This document shows, in pieces, positions 55,535 through 64,000 of a stretch of DNA of 64,000 nucleotides. The stretch spans positions 72,878 to 136,877 of the forward strand of contig VGEY01000002.1 in NCBI GenBank assembly GCA_016869075.1, in the 5' to 3' direction. The stretch's first letter is position 1; every line of letters starts with the position of its first letter. Under the pieces are notes generated by a model that made no database searches, had not been told where the DNA came from, and worked only from the letters and a program-made list of their open reading frames with translations. Both the position numbers and the translations under genes were made by a program. This DNA comes from Alphaproteobacteria bacterium (GTDB taxonomy: Bacteria > Pseudomonadota > Alphaproteobacteria > Paracaedibacterales > VGCI01).

Positions 55535-55801
55535 TTATACGAATCGTTTTTTTCCACGACCAGGTTTTAAGATTTTGTGACCCTCTGCTTCCCAGGTGGC
55601 AATACGACGATCATTCTTATTAAAGGCTCTAACAGCATCCAGCACAGCACCCGCCAAAATTTCGTCTGATATTTTACTCGCCCCACAACGATTTAAAATT
55701 GTTGTAATTTGATTTTTTCTTTTTTCCTCAAGCTTCTTTTTCCGCGATTGTAATTTATTAATTTGATTATCTATCGTCTTGAGACGGTCACTCGTAGCCA
55801 T
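55535..55801 (-). CDS. small basic coiled-coil protein, weakly TraD(Ti-plasmid type)-like
   Basis: 88 aa. K/R-rich coiled coil (KLQSRKKKLEEKRKNQ), then ILNRCGA....EILAGAVLDAV. The pattern recalls the ~70-aa conjugal transfer protein TraD family. Has its own terminator. Confidence 0.3.
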   Translation of the reverse strand: MATSDRLKTIDNQINKLQSRKKKLEEKRKNQITTILNRCGASKISDEILAGAVLDAVRAFNKNDRRIATWEAEGHKILKPGRGKKRFV

Positions 55802-56049
55802 TTTGCTTTCCTTTCTTAAGTAAAAACCCGTGCCGCTGCGTTATTACAAAATACATAATAAAAAAATCCAGCCAGCCGCACTTAATAATATTCATGGGCC
55901 CACATTTGTCAAGAAGATAAAATTTTAACTTTTTTAAAAAATGGAAGAAATTTAAGCACAAAGATGGTATGTTGATCTGCATTTTGCGCCCTATAATTTT
56001 GGAAACAATTAATAGTTATATTTGAAAAGACTGTCGGAGAAAACAAATT

Positions 56050-56700
56050 ATGTGTCAGCTAAATGTTCCTTTTAAAGTAATCACAATGATTGAGTTGTTA
56101 TTTATATTCTTTATAAATTTTTCTTTTCCAATTTGCGCTACTTTACAAAAGAGCGAATACCTAATGAATCAAGGTAAATTAAACGAAGCTATGGACACAT
56201 TGTCACCCTATGTCGAAAAAAATGATCCGCATGCACTTTACCTTATGTCCATGATTTATCTTTCTCCCACATCATCTCACTACAATTTCAAGAAAGGACT
56301 AGAGTTTTTGGAAAAGGCTGTTTTTCAAAATTATGCTCCAGCATTAGATGAACTTGCAGGTCTTTACCTATCTGGAGATGGTGTAAACAAAAATGAAGCA
56401 AAGGCCCTAGAGTACTATAGACAAGCAGCACATATGGGATACGGTCCGAGTCAATTCAATTGCGGTATCATGTATAAAAATGGCCAAGGAACACAGAGAG
56501 ATTTTGTAAAAGCCTATTTGTATTTATCCTTAGCTTCCCTTAATTACGAACACTTACATGATGTGACAATGGATGCTGCCTTCTATCGTGATTCCATTGT
56601 TCCCTATCTTACTTCACAGCAACGTCAGGACCTTTTGCGTCACCTCAATTCATTAACTCTTCCGAAAAGGGAGGTGAAGAATAATAAGCAGAATAAGTAA
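56050..56700 (+). CDS. Sel1-like repeat (SLR/TPR-family) protein, probably secreted
   Basis: 216 aa. Hydrophobic N-terminus (MIELLFIFFINFSFPICA; the start may be ATG 56086). Three or more Sel1 repeats (A...L..LY..G.GV.KN...A..YY..AA..G....Q...G.MY..G.G...D...A). Confidence 0.75.
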   Translation: MCQLNVPFKVITMIELLFIFFINFSFPICATLQKSEYLMNQGKLNEAMDTLSPYVEKNDPHALYLMSMIYLSPTSSHYNFKKGLEFLEKAVFQNYAPALDELAGLYLSGDGVNKNEAKALEYYRQAAHMGYGPSQFNCGIMYKNGQGTQRDFVKAYLYLSLASLNYEHLHDVTMDAAFYRDSIVPYLTSQQRQDLLRHLNSLTLPKREVKNNKQNK

Positions 56701-56776
56701 ATTTAGTCGCACTTTTCCACAAAATCTGATAGAAACGGGTTATAGAAACTCTCCGTATTGAAATAGAGGAAAAAGT

Positions 56777-57739
56777 ATGGATCTATTCGCATCACTCAAA
56801 TGGAGAAAGCCGGTATTTCATTTGTTTACGGCTTCCTTATTGATTTCTTGTTGCTCTGTAAACGCAGAGGATACAAATGCAACTATTGGTGATTTAAATG
56901 AACGCATTGCTCAATTGGAAGACCAATTGAATGCCAAAGATGGAAAGGCAGAGGATGCAAATCCTGGTTCGCGCGTCACACATGATGATCTCAACCACTT
57001 AAAAGAAGAAATGCGTCGTTTAAATTCATCGATTGATCACCTAAAAAGAGAAAATGAAGAATTACGGCAACAACAATCTTCTTCTAAAAATAAAGCATCC
57101 CCTCCTCAAGAAGGTGTAGAAATAAAATCTCGAAGTAAAGCAGAATCATGGGACCAAACACACGATCCTACTTTTCCTCAAGAAAGAGACGATGAGACTG
57201 AATCCCTTCTTCATCTATTAGAATTATCCGCTCCTAAAGGGGATGAAAATAAGGATACAACTCCTCCAAAAAAAGGTGGTAAAACAGATGTTGAATCCCT
57301 TCGGGAAGCAGCGACTAAACAGGCAGAAGATTCAGCCCCCCAGCTTGTAGCGGGAAATGCCCAAGCACAATATAATGAAGCTTTTGCCCTTTATAATAAA
57401 AATGAATACAAAGAGTCCCGAAAGGCCTTTGACTACTTTATAAAAACCTATCCTAATGATCCTTTGGTTTCCAAGGCAATATATTGGAAAGCGAAGTGTT
57501 ATATTAACTTAGAAGAATATGACCGCGCAAAACCGCTTCTAGTAAAGGCCTATAAAATGAATCCTAAAAGTTCAAAGGCAGCTGATTGTATGGTAGATCT
57601 TGGGGACATACTTGCAAAGCAAGGTAAAAAAGAAGATGCTTGTACTGTTTGGAACAAGGTAAAAACTGACTTTCCAAATATGGGAGATGACATGAAAAAA
57701 GAACTCTCAACCTTGAAAAAGAAGTATAAATGTGAATAA
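56777..57739 (+). CDS. cpoB: Tol-Pal system protein YbgF/CpoB-like (coiled coil plus TPR)
   Basis: 320 aa. Signal peptide, coiled coil (IAQLEDQLN...), low-complexity linker, and C-terminal TPR block (AQYNEAFALYNKNEYKESRKAFDYFIKTYPNDPLVSKAIYWKAKCY). Confidence 0.65.
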   Translation: MDLFASLKWRKPVFHLFTASLLISCCSVNAEDTNATIGDLNERIAQLEDQLNAKDGKAEDANPGSRVTHDDLNHLKEEMRRLNSSIDHLKRENEELRQQQSSSKNKASPPQEGVEIKSRSKAESWDQTHDPTFPQERDDETESLLHLLELSAPKGDENKDTTPPKKGGKTDVESLREAATKQAEDSAPQLVAGNAQAQYNEAFALYNKNEYKESRKAFDYFIKTYPNDPLVSKAIYWKAKCYINLEEYDRAKPLLVKAYKMNPKSSKAADCMVDLGDILAKQGKKEDACTVWNKVKTDFPNMGDDMKKELSTLKKKYKCE

Positions 57740-57796
57740 ACTCCTACAAAACAGTCGTCTCAACCCTTAAGTACAAAGACCCGGAATTTCAAAAAA

Positions 57797-59332
57797 ATGA
57801 AAATTATTCGTGCCATTGCAACTGTTGGGAGCTTTACTGGCATAAGTCGTATTTTTGGACTCGCACGTGAAAGCCTTATGTCACATATCATAGGAGCTGG
57901 ACCAATCACAGATGCGTTTTTGGTAGCTTTTAAATTTCCTAATTTTTTTCGTCGCTTCTTTGCTGAAGGTGCTTTTAGCGCCTCCTTTGTTCCCCAGTTC
58001 TCAGGAAAACTTGCCAGCAACGGGCCAGCTGAAGCCCAAGTTTTGGCAGAGCGCGTTCTCGCTGTTTTGGCAACAATACTTATAATTTTCGTTTTATTTA
58101 TTGTTATTGCTACACCCTGGGTTATTGGATTAATGGCTCCTGGTTTTTCAACGACACCAGAGAGATTAGAAATGGCCATTACTTTTACCCGCATTACTTT
58201 CCCTTATATTTTGTTTATCTCTATAGCAGCCCTCTTAAGTGGCGTCCTTAATTCTCTTGATCGCTTTGCGGCTGCTTCAGCAGCTCCAATCATACTTAAT
58301 ATTATTATGATTGGGGCCATGATTATGCTTTTCTATGCTGATTTGGCAGCCGGTAATCTTCTCTCTTGGGCAGTATTTCTATCAGGTATTCTTCAGTTGG
58401 CTTGGCTCTATTGGGCTTGTTGGCGTGCAGGATTCCGAATAAAACTTCGCTTTCCCCGCCTTACCCCTGAGGTACGTAAAATTATGCGTCTCATGGTTCC
58501 AGGTGCCATCGGAGCGGGGGTAATGAACATTAACCTGCTTTTAGATATGGTATTTGCCTCCCTTCTCCCAGCTGGATCAATTTCATTCCTTCATTACGCA
58601 GACAGGTTAAATCAACTCCCTCTGTCCCTCTTTGGGATTGCAATGGGCACGGCACTTTTACCTTCACTCTCACGTCAAATACGCTTGGGCGAAGATGACA
58701 AGGCAAAAGCCAGCCAAAGTATGGCCGTGGAAATTTCTCTCCAACTCACTGTCCCCGCCTCGTTGGGATTGGTGCTTCTTTCTTATCCGATTATTGATCT
58801 TTTGTATGGACTCGAAGGTGACCAAGTCTCAGCTACAGCAAATGCTCTATCAGCTTTTGCCACTGGCATCCCTGCTTATGTGTTAAGCAAAGTTTTTGCC
58901 ACAGGATTTTTTGCACGCGAAGATACCAAAACACCCGTCATGATTGCCCTTGTGTGCATTGGGTGTAATCTCGTGCTTAATATTATTCTGATGGGGCCAT
59001 TCTCCCATGTAGGATTGGCCATGGCGACTTCCATCGCTGCTTGGCTCAATGCAACTCTCCAACTTATTTTTCTTCAAAGAAGAAAGTGGTTTTTTCTCTC
59101 CCGTCAAACACTTCTTACGGCTGCTAAGGTTATCATTTCATCGGGCGTAATGGGGGTTGGTTTAATAATTGCACGCGACCATTGGATATCCATCCTCCCC
59201 GATACATTGCTCTTTCAAATCTGTTCTGTTCTAGGAATTATCATTTACGGTATGATTGTTTTTGGGGGGATGGGCCAATTGACTGGTGCCTTTAATTTAG
59301 CAAACCTGCGCCAGGCTTTTAGACGCAATTAA
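57797..59332 (+). CDS. murJ: lipid II flippase MurJ (MviN)
   Basis: 511 aa, 14-TM MOP-family layout. N-terminal SRI.G..RE......GAG...DAF..AF..PN..RR.FAEGAFS..FVP. Confidence 0.92.
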   Translation: MKIIRAIATVGSFTGISRIFGLARESLMSHIIGAGPITDAFLVAFKFPNFFRRFFAEGAFSASFVPQFSGKLASNGPAEAQVLAERVLAVLATILIIFVLFIVIATPWVIGLMAPGFSTTPERLEMAITFTRITFPYILFISIAALLSGVLNSLDRFAAASAAPIILNIIMIGAMIMLFYADLAAGNLLSWAVFLSGILQLAWLYWACWRAGFRIKLRFPRLTPEVRKIMRLMVPGAIGAGVMNINLLLDMVFASLLPAGSISFLHYADRLNQLPLSLFGIAMGTALLPSLSRQIRLGEDDKAKASQSMAVEISLQLTVPASLGLVLLSYPIIDLLYGLEGDQVSATANALSAFATGIPAYVLSKVFATGFFAREDTKTPVMIALVCIGCNLVLNIILMGPFSHVGLAMATSIAAWLNATLQLIFLQRRKWFFLSRQTLLTAAKVIISSGVMGVGLIIARDHWISILPDTLLFQICSVLGIIIYGMIVFGGMGQLTGAFNLANLRQAFRRN

Positions 59333-59351
59333 AAGGAATAAGGAGATAACA

Positions 59352-60356
59352 ATGAAACGCGTTTTTTCGGGATACCGCCCAACAGGAGACGTTCATTTAG
59401 GCAACTATTTAGGGGCAATCCGTAATTGCGTTTTTTTACAAAAGGAGATGGATGAGAACCTAATCTGCGTGGTTGATCTCCATGCCATGACCACGCTCTC
59501 AGACAATAAAAATCTTGCGTCTGATACACTCATGATGGCAGCTGCATTTATTGCAAGCGGTATAGATCCGAACCGATCAATCATTTTTGCGCAAAGTCAT
59601 GTGCCCCTTCATCTCGAACTTAGCTGGATTTTTAGTTGTTTGACTCCCCTGGGGTGGCTTAACCGGATGACACAGTTTAAAGAGAAAGCAGACAAGAATA
59701 GAGAAAATTCTTGCTTGGGTCTTCTAGCTTATCCTGTTCTCATGGCAGCGGATGTGCTCCTTTATAAAGCCACCCACGTTCCTGTAGGAGAAGATCAAAA
59801 ACAACATGTTGAACTCATGCGAGATCTTGCCGGTTTGTTCAATCGTACATTTAGTAAAGATCTCTTTTCACTTCCTGAACCTGTCATCACAGGTCCTGCT
59901 ACACGCATCATGAGCCTGCGGGATGGAGCCTCTAAAATGAGTAAATCAGACATCTCTGATTATTCACGCATTAATCTTATGGACGATGCGGATACCCTTG
60001 CAATAAAAATTCGCAAAGCTAAAACAGATACTGATCCGCTCCCTGATACAGCAAAAGGTCTTGAAACCCGTCCAGAAGCTCGCAACTTGGTAAGTATTTA
60101 TGCTGCTCTTTCAGGACAAACAGCCGATCAAATCTGTCAAAAATTCGCAGGCAATAATTTTTCAACTTTTAAGGAGGACATTACCAACCTACTCATTGAG
60201 CATATTTTGCCCATTGGACAAGAAATTCAGCGTCTTCTTAAAGAAGGAAAGCATCTTGAGTCTATCTTGAAGACAGGGGCAGAGCGGGCTAATTTATTGG
60301 CAAACAAACATATGAATGACGTTCGAGAAGCCGTGGGCCTTTTGAAGGCCCTCTAA
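59352..60356 (+). CDS. trpS: tryptophan--tRNA ligase
   Basis: 334 aa. HIGH-type motif (GDVHLGNYLG) and KMSKS motif (SKMSKSD). Confidence 0.95.
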   Translation: MKRVFSGYRPTGDVHLGNYLGAIRNCVFLQKEMDENLICVVDLHAMTTLSDNKNLASDTLMMAAAFIASGIDPNRSIIFAQSHVPLHLELSWIFSCLTPLGWLNRMTQFKEKADKNRENSCLGLLAYPVLMAADVLLYKATHVPVGEDQKQHVELMRDLAGLFNRTFSKDLFSLPEPVITGPATRIMSLRDGASKMSKSDISDYSRINLMDDADTLAIKIRKAKTDTDPLPDTAKGLETRPEARNLVSIYAALSGQTADQICQKFAGNNFSTFKEDITNLLIEHILPIGQEIQRLLKEGKHLESILKTGAERANLLANKHMNDVREAVGLLKAL

Positions 60357-60420
60357 AATTCAATTTCAAATGGATAATTTAGCCAGAGAGAAGAGAGATA
60401 AGGGGGTTCTCTTTTAAAAA

Positions 60421-61362
60421 TTATTCATCTGCAATATTATCTTCAAACAGTTTTGCTAGAACGCGCGCATCTGCCATAAAGTGCCCTCCTGCAGGGTCCT
60501 CAATCACTCCTAATGAAACCACATAGTACAACCAAGGATAACGATTTTTTAAATCATTTGTACCTGCCGACCATGAAAAAAGATTTGTGTTGTGACGATC
60601 TACCATAGTGTACCTTCCTTCTTCGTACCTTAAAGGATGATAAAATTCATCGGTTGGTTTTTTATGTTTAACCCAGAAAGTACCCTGCGGGAGTACCCTT
60701 TCCAGAATAAGCCGCATGGCTTGTTTAGGAAGGGTGTACAAGAATATTTTTTCTGAAAAGTTTCGAGCAGCACATCCGTGAAGAAGACGAGCTATTCCGG
60801 AATGTTTTGGACTTCCATTGTTCATATATTCAGCTGATCGACATATTCCCATTTGTACGAAAAAGGGAAGTCCTTTTTCGCTCATTGAAAGAACGGTCAT
60901 TTCTATGTCTCTCATACGTAAAAATTCGGAAGTGCGTGGATCTTTTGAGCTTGCAAAAATAACGTAAAAGTCCCATCTATCTAGCCCCTGTTCATTGTAA
61001 ATTCTAAGCAATTTTGAGAAATGGGTGATAGTATCATCGATATGCCGATACATATCACCAATTGTTACATCATTAAATCGCGCATTAGGTATTGCATTGC
61101 GTCCGAATATTTCTATCGCTTTTACTTCATTAGAACTCTCTCTTTGTTGCCCTTGGAAAGCCAACCAACCCGCAATGTTCTCGCTTGTAACTTTTTCAGC
61201 ACTTACCCACAAAGGAGTATCGAAGCCTTTCATCCTAAATACCTGTAAAAGATGGACAGATGGGCGCTCCTCAATGGTTGGAGGGACAGCTGTTTCCATA
61301 GAATAGGTGGGCCATACAAGTACAAAACACAAACCCACAGTAATTTCACGTATAAATTTCAT
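60421..61362 (-). CDS. hypothetical secreted protein with no recognisable domain
   Basis: 313 aa. N-terminal signal-like segment (ITVGLCFVLVWPTYSME). GGAG lies 9 nt upstream of the ATG. I recognise no family motifs. Confidence 0.5.
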   Translation of the reverse strand: MKFIREITVGLCFVLVWPTYSMETAVPPTIEERPSVHLLQVFRMKGFDTPLWVSAEKVTSENIAGWLAFQGQQRESSNEVKAIEIFGRNAIPNARFNDVTIGDMYRHIDDTITHFSKLLRIYNEQGLDRWDFYVIFASSKDPRTSEFLRMRDIEMTVLSMSEKGLPFFVQMGICRSAEYMNNGSPKHSGIARLLHGCAARNFSEKIFLYTLPKQAMRLILERVLPQGTFWVKHKKPTDEFYHPLRYEEGRYTMVDRHNTNLFSWSAGTNDLKNRYPWLYYVVSLGVIEDPAGGHFMADARVLAKLFEDNIADE

Positions 61363-61504
61363 AATTAAGCTCCAGATATATTATCTTAAAATCAATTAAG
61401 ATAATCTATTAAATGTAATTTTTATATAATATATATGTACTTATTTGTCAAATTACATCCTTTTATTACCTTCACACCAGCACATGTTAAAATAGTTGCT
61501 ATTC

Positions 61505-61533
61505 TTGACAATTCGGCGAATTTAAATTAAAAA
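61505..61533 (+). promoter_or_regulatory. candidate sigma-70-type promoter upstream of rpoH
   Basis: TTGACA (61505-61510), 17-nt spacer, then TAAAAA (61528-61533), about 95 nt upstream of the rpoH ATG. Weak evidence in AT-rich DNA. Confidence 0.25.
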
Positions 61534-61628
61534 TATGGAGAGTTTGGCATTGCATTTAAACTTTTTCATCAGCTACTATTTTTTTAAGAATCAATATCCT
61601 TGCGGTTTAATTTAGTGAGTGATTTGAT

Positions 61629-62510
61629 ATGACAAAATCCTTACCTTCACAAGATCGTGATGAGCTTAATAGGCATTACGTTCGCCAAATTCGCAATCTC
61701 CCAATGTTAACGTTGGAAGAAGAATATCAATTGGCAAAAAAATGGCACGAGGAAGGAGATGTTAAAGCTGTTGATCAATTGGTTGCCAGTCATTTGCGTC
61801 TTGTGGCAAAAATTGCTAATGGTTACCGAGGTTATGGTCTCCCCATGAGTGACCTTGTCGCTGAGGGAAACATCGGCATGATGCAAGCCATGAAGCATTA
61901 CGATCCTGAACAAGGGTTTAGATTATCGACTTATGCAATTTGGTGGATCAAGGCCAGCATCCAAGAATACATTTTACGTACATGGTCTCTTGTTAAAATT
62001 GGGACGACAGCCGCGCAAAAGCGCCTCTTTTTCAATTTACGTAAAGCTCAGCGTGAATTTCATGCTTTAGAAGAAGGAGAGCTCACGCCAGAAATTATTA
62101 CAGCGTTGGCAAAAAAACTGTCTGTAACTGAAAAAGAAATTATTCAAATGAATCAACGGCTTTCAGGAGACCGTTCTCTGAACGTTACTATTCGCTCTTC
62201 TGAAGAGGATTCACCAGAATGGATTGAATGGCTTGTAGATGATCGTGAAGATCAAGAAATGCAGCTTATTCATTCAAATGAAATGGAAAATCGTCGTCAT
62301 ATTTTAGACAATGCTATGTCTTCCTTAAGTCAACGAGAACATCGTATATTCTATGAGCGACGACTCAAAGACCCCCCTTTAACTTTAGAAGAAATAAGCT
62401 CAGCCTTGGGAATATCTCGAGAACGTGTTCGTCAAATTGAGTATCAGGCTTTTGAGAAGATTCAAAAGCAAATTAAATGGGCTATGACAGTTAATATTCG
62501 GAATAATTAA
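61629..62510 (+). CDS. rpoH: RNA polymerase sigma-32 (heat-shock sigma factor)
   Basis: 293 aa. Regions 2-4 of the sigma-70 family, plus the RpoH box (AAQKRLFFNLRKA) and the C-terminal ISRERVRQIE HTH. Confidence 0.92.
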   Translation: MTKSLPSQDRDELNRHYVRQIRNLPMLTLEEEYQLAKKWHEEGDVKAVDQLVASHLRLVAKIANGYRGYGLPMSDLVAEGNIGMMQAMKHYDPEQGFRLSTYAIWWIKASIQEYILRTWSLVKIGTTAAQKRLFFNLRKAQREFHALEEGELTPEIITALAKKLSVTEKEIIQMNQRLSGDRSLNVTIRSSEEDSPEWIEWLVDDREDQEMQLIHSNEMENRRHILDNAMSSLSQREHRIFYERRLKDPPLTLEEISSALGISRERVRQIEYQAFEKIQKQIKWAMTVNIRNN

Positions 62511-64000
62511 TGAAGAAAAAGATCTGCTTCCCTTTTTTCACTCTAAAAGCCCTATGGATCATAACTCTCTTTGCATTGAGTGCCACTTTTGCAGAGGAAA
62601 GTAAAGAAGTCCAACTTTCTCTTATTTCACAATCCCAACCGTTGGGTAAAAATTCCACGCTCCTTTTTGGATTGCATGCCAAACTTGCTCCTGGCTGGAA
62701 AACTTACTGGCGTTCTTCCGGTGGAGCGGGTTATGGAATCACATTAAATTGGACAAAAGCAAATAATATTAAATCTGCAAAAATGCTGTGGCCTCTTCCA
62801 AAGCACATCCCAACGGACCTTGGAATAGTCAATGGGTACGAGGGAAATGTTATTTTACCCATTATAGTAGAAACCAAGGATCCAACTCAGCCTGTTTACG
62901 CCTTGGTGGAAGTCAACATGTTGCTCTGTGATGCATCTAGTTGCTTGCCGATCAATGAAACGTTAGTCCTCGACTTCCCTTTAAAGCAAAAAGAGGTTTC
63001 TCAACATGGCAAGCTTTTGTCTGAGGCTTTTGATAAACTTCCAAAAGTTGAGTCTTTTGGACGTCGTAATTTTGATAATCTTCAAATTCAAAGTATTAAA
63101 ATATTAGAGACAAAGGGTCAGCCACCTACTTTACAAGTTATTATAGGAAAAAGGGCTGGTACATTTTTAACATCAGATATACCTGAGTTGTTTGCTGAAA
63201 TAAAAGGTCTGTTGGTTGATGCTCCATCGACTTCACTATCTAGTGATGGCAGCTCAGTTATCTATACGGCATCTATCTATCCTGATATTTCTCGTGTTCC
63301 TGCCCCCCTGCCCCCAGGCACCAATTCTGTTACGCTTACAATCAACTATCATGATACTTCAGTTGAGGTTGAACAAAAATTAGATCCAACTACTTCTTCA
63401 TTAAATTTCTGGGCGGGAATGCTCCTGGTTGCTTTTTTGGGTGGTTTAATTTTAAACATTATGCCGTGTGTTTTGCCCGTTTTATCTTTGAAAGTTCTTT
63501 CTGTCTTGCGTCATGGGGGTGGCCGCAGGCTTGCTGTTCGGCAAGAGTTTTTAGCAACCGTCTTAGGGATAGTGTTTTCCTTCTTTTTGCTCGCTTGCGG
63601 TGCCATCTTATTGCGGGCTTCCGGCCATGCTGTCGGATGGGGAATTCAATTTCAGGAACCTTATTTTTTAATTGCATTGGTCAGTATTTTAACTCTTTTT
63701 GCAGCAAATCTTTTTGGCTTTTTTGAATTTCATTTACCTCATTTTATTTCACATATGGCTCATTTGACACCGAAGAGAGAGAATTTGCTTGGATCTTTTC
63801 TTGAAGGGAGCCTTGTTACTCTTCTTGCTACACCTTGCTCAGCACCTTTTTTAGGAACCGCCCTTGCTTTTGCTTTATCGAGCGGTGTACCCGAAATCAT
63901 TTCTATCTTTTCCGCTATGGGTTTGGGCCTTTCTTTTCCCTTCTTACTGATTGCATTCTTTCCCTCTTTTGCTACCCGCTTTCCGAAGCCAGGCTCCTGG
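62511..64000 (+). CDS. DsbD/ScsB-family thiol:disulfide reductant transporter (partial; continues past the window end)
   Basis: Not in the ORF track because it is open-ended. ATG at 62511 lies 1 nt after the rpoH stop. Translation: MKKKICFPFFTLKALWIITLFALSA..., N-terminal DsbD-alpha/ScsB-like periplasmic domain (APGWKTYWRS, LLCDASSCLP), then a TM core with NIMPCVLPVLSLK and LATPCSAPFLG. Confidence 0.8.

Noticed and set aside
55788-55982. 64-aa ORF upstream of, and overlapping, the TraD-like gene start
   Set aside because: Phe/Lys/Ile-rich translation of AT-rich promoter DNA, with no RBS and no motifs.
62491-63726. Track ORFs 62491-62682(-), 63459-63677(-) and 63466-63726(+)
   Set aside because: They fall inside the open-ended DsbD/ScsB-family reading frame (62511 onward). 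That frame has clear CxxP/PCxxP transmembrane motifs and is missing from the track only because it has no stop in the window.
1-64000. Search for tRNA/rRNA genes, CRISPR arrays, IS elements and long direct repeats
   Set aside because: No intergenic region shows T-loop (GGTTCGA-like) or acceptor-stem features, regularly spaced repeats, transposase ORFs or terminal inverted repeats. This was a visual scan only, so short or diverged elements could have been missed.

Overview
AT-rich (about 40% GC by eye), gene-dense bacterial chromosomal window with roughly 60 genes. The gene set looks alphaproteobacterial: fused ispDF, MucR/Ros, NtrY/NtrX next to dusB, RpoH, miaB-phoH-ybeY-corC, tsaB-rimI and murJ-trpS. 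A Sel1-repeat protein and several orphan secretion parts fit a host-associated lineage, but that is inference only. Most of the window is housekeeping: def-fmt, nupC, rmuC, gshB, xerC, trkA, mnmA, rsmE, trxA, greA, rnhB and others. Accessory content falls into four groups. (1) A translationally coupled type I secretion-like operon (ABC, ABC with a C39-like domain, HlyD; 23.8-29.1 kb) in which both ABC signature motifs are atypical, with no substrate or TolC gene nearby. (2) Envelope-glycan genes: an L-Ara4N (arn) pathway split into two distant blocks (arnC plus arnA formyltransferase at 4.8-6.6 kb; arnA decarboxylase, a secreted two-HKD phospholipase D and arnD at 34.8-38.0 kb). These sit next to a methyltransferase-GT2 fusion, a GT-C-like membrane protein, GDP-fucose genes and extra methyltransferases (38.1-46.2 kb). 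(3) An OMP, lipoprotein hydrolase and O-antigen-ligase-like module (6.6-10.8 kb) in which the hydrolase has no canonical start codon. (4) Orphan pseudopilin, orphan MshL-like secretin, a small TraD-like protein and an uncharacterised secreted protein. A stand-alone Fis-type HTH gene sits between dusB and ntrY, where alphaproteobacteria normally carry ntrBC. I saw no rRNA, tRNA, CRISPR array, transposase or prophage genes. I did not find an unambiguous new multi-gene system such as a defence island. The T1SS-like operon and the arn/PLD/GT-C glycan cluster are the best candidates for unexplored biology. All family assignments come from motif and by-eye similarity only; no searches were run.
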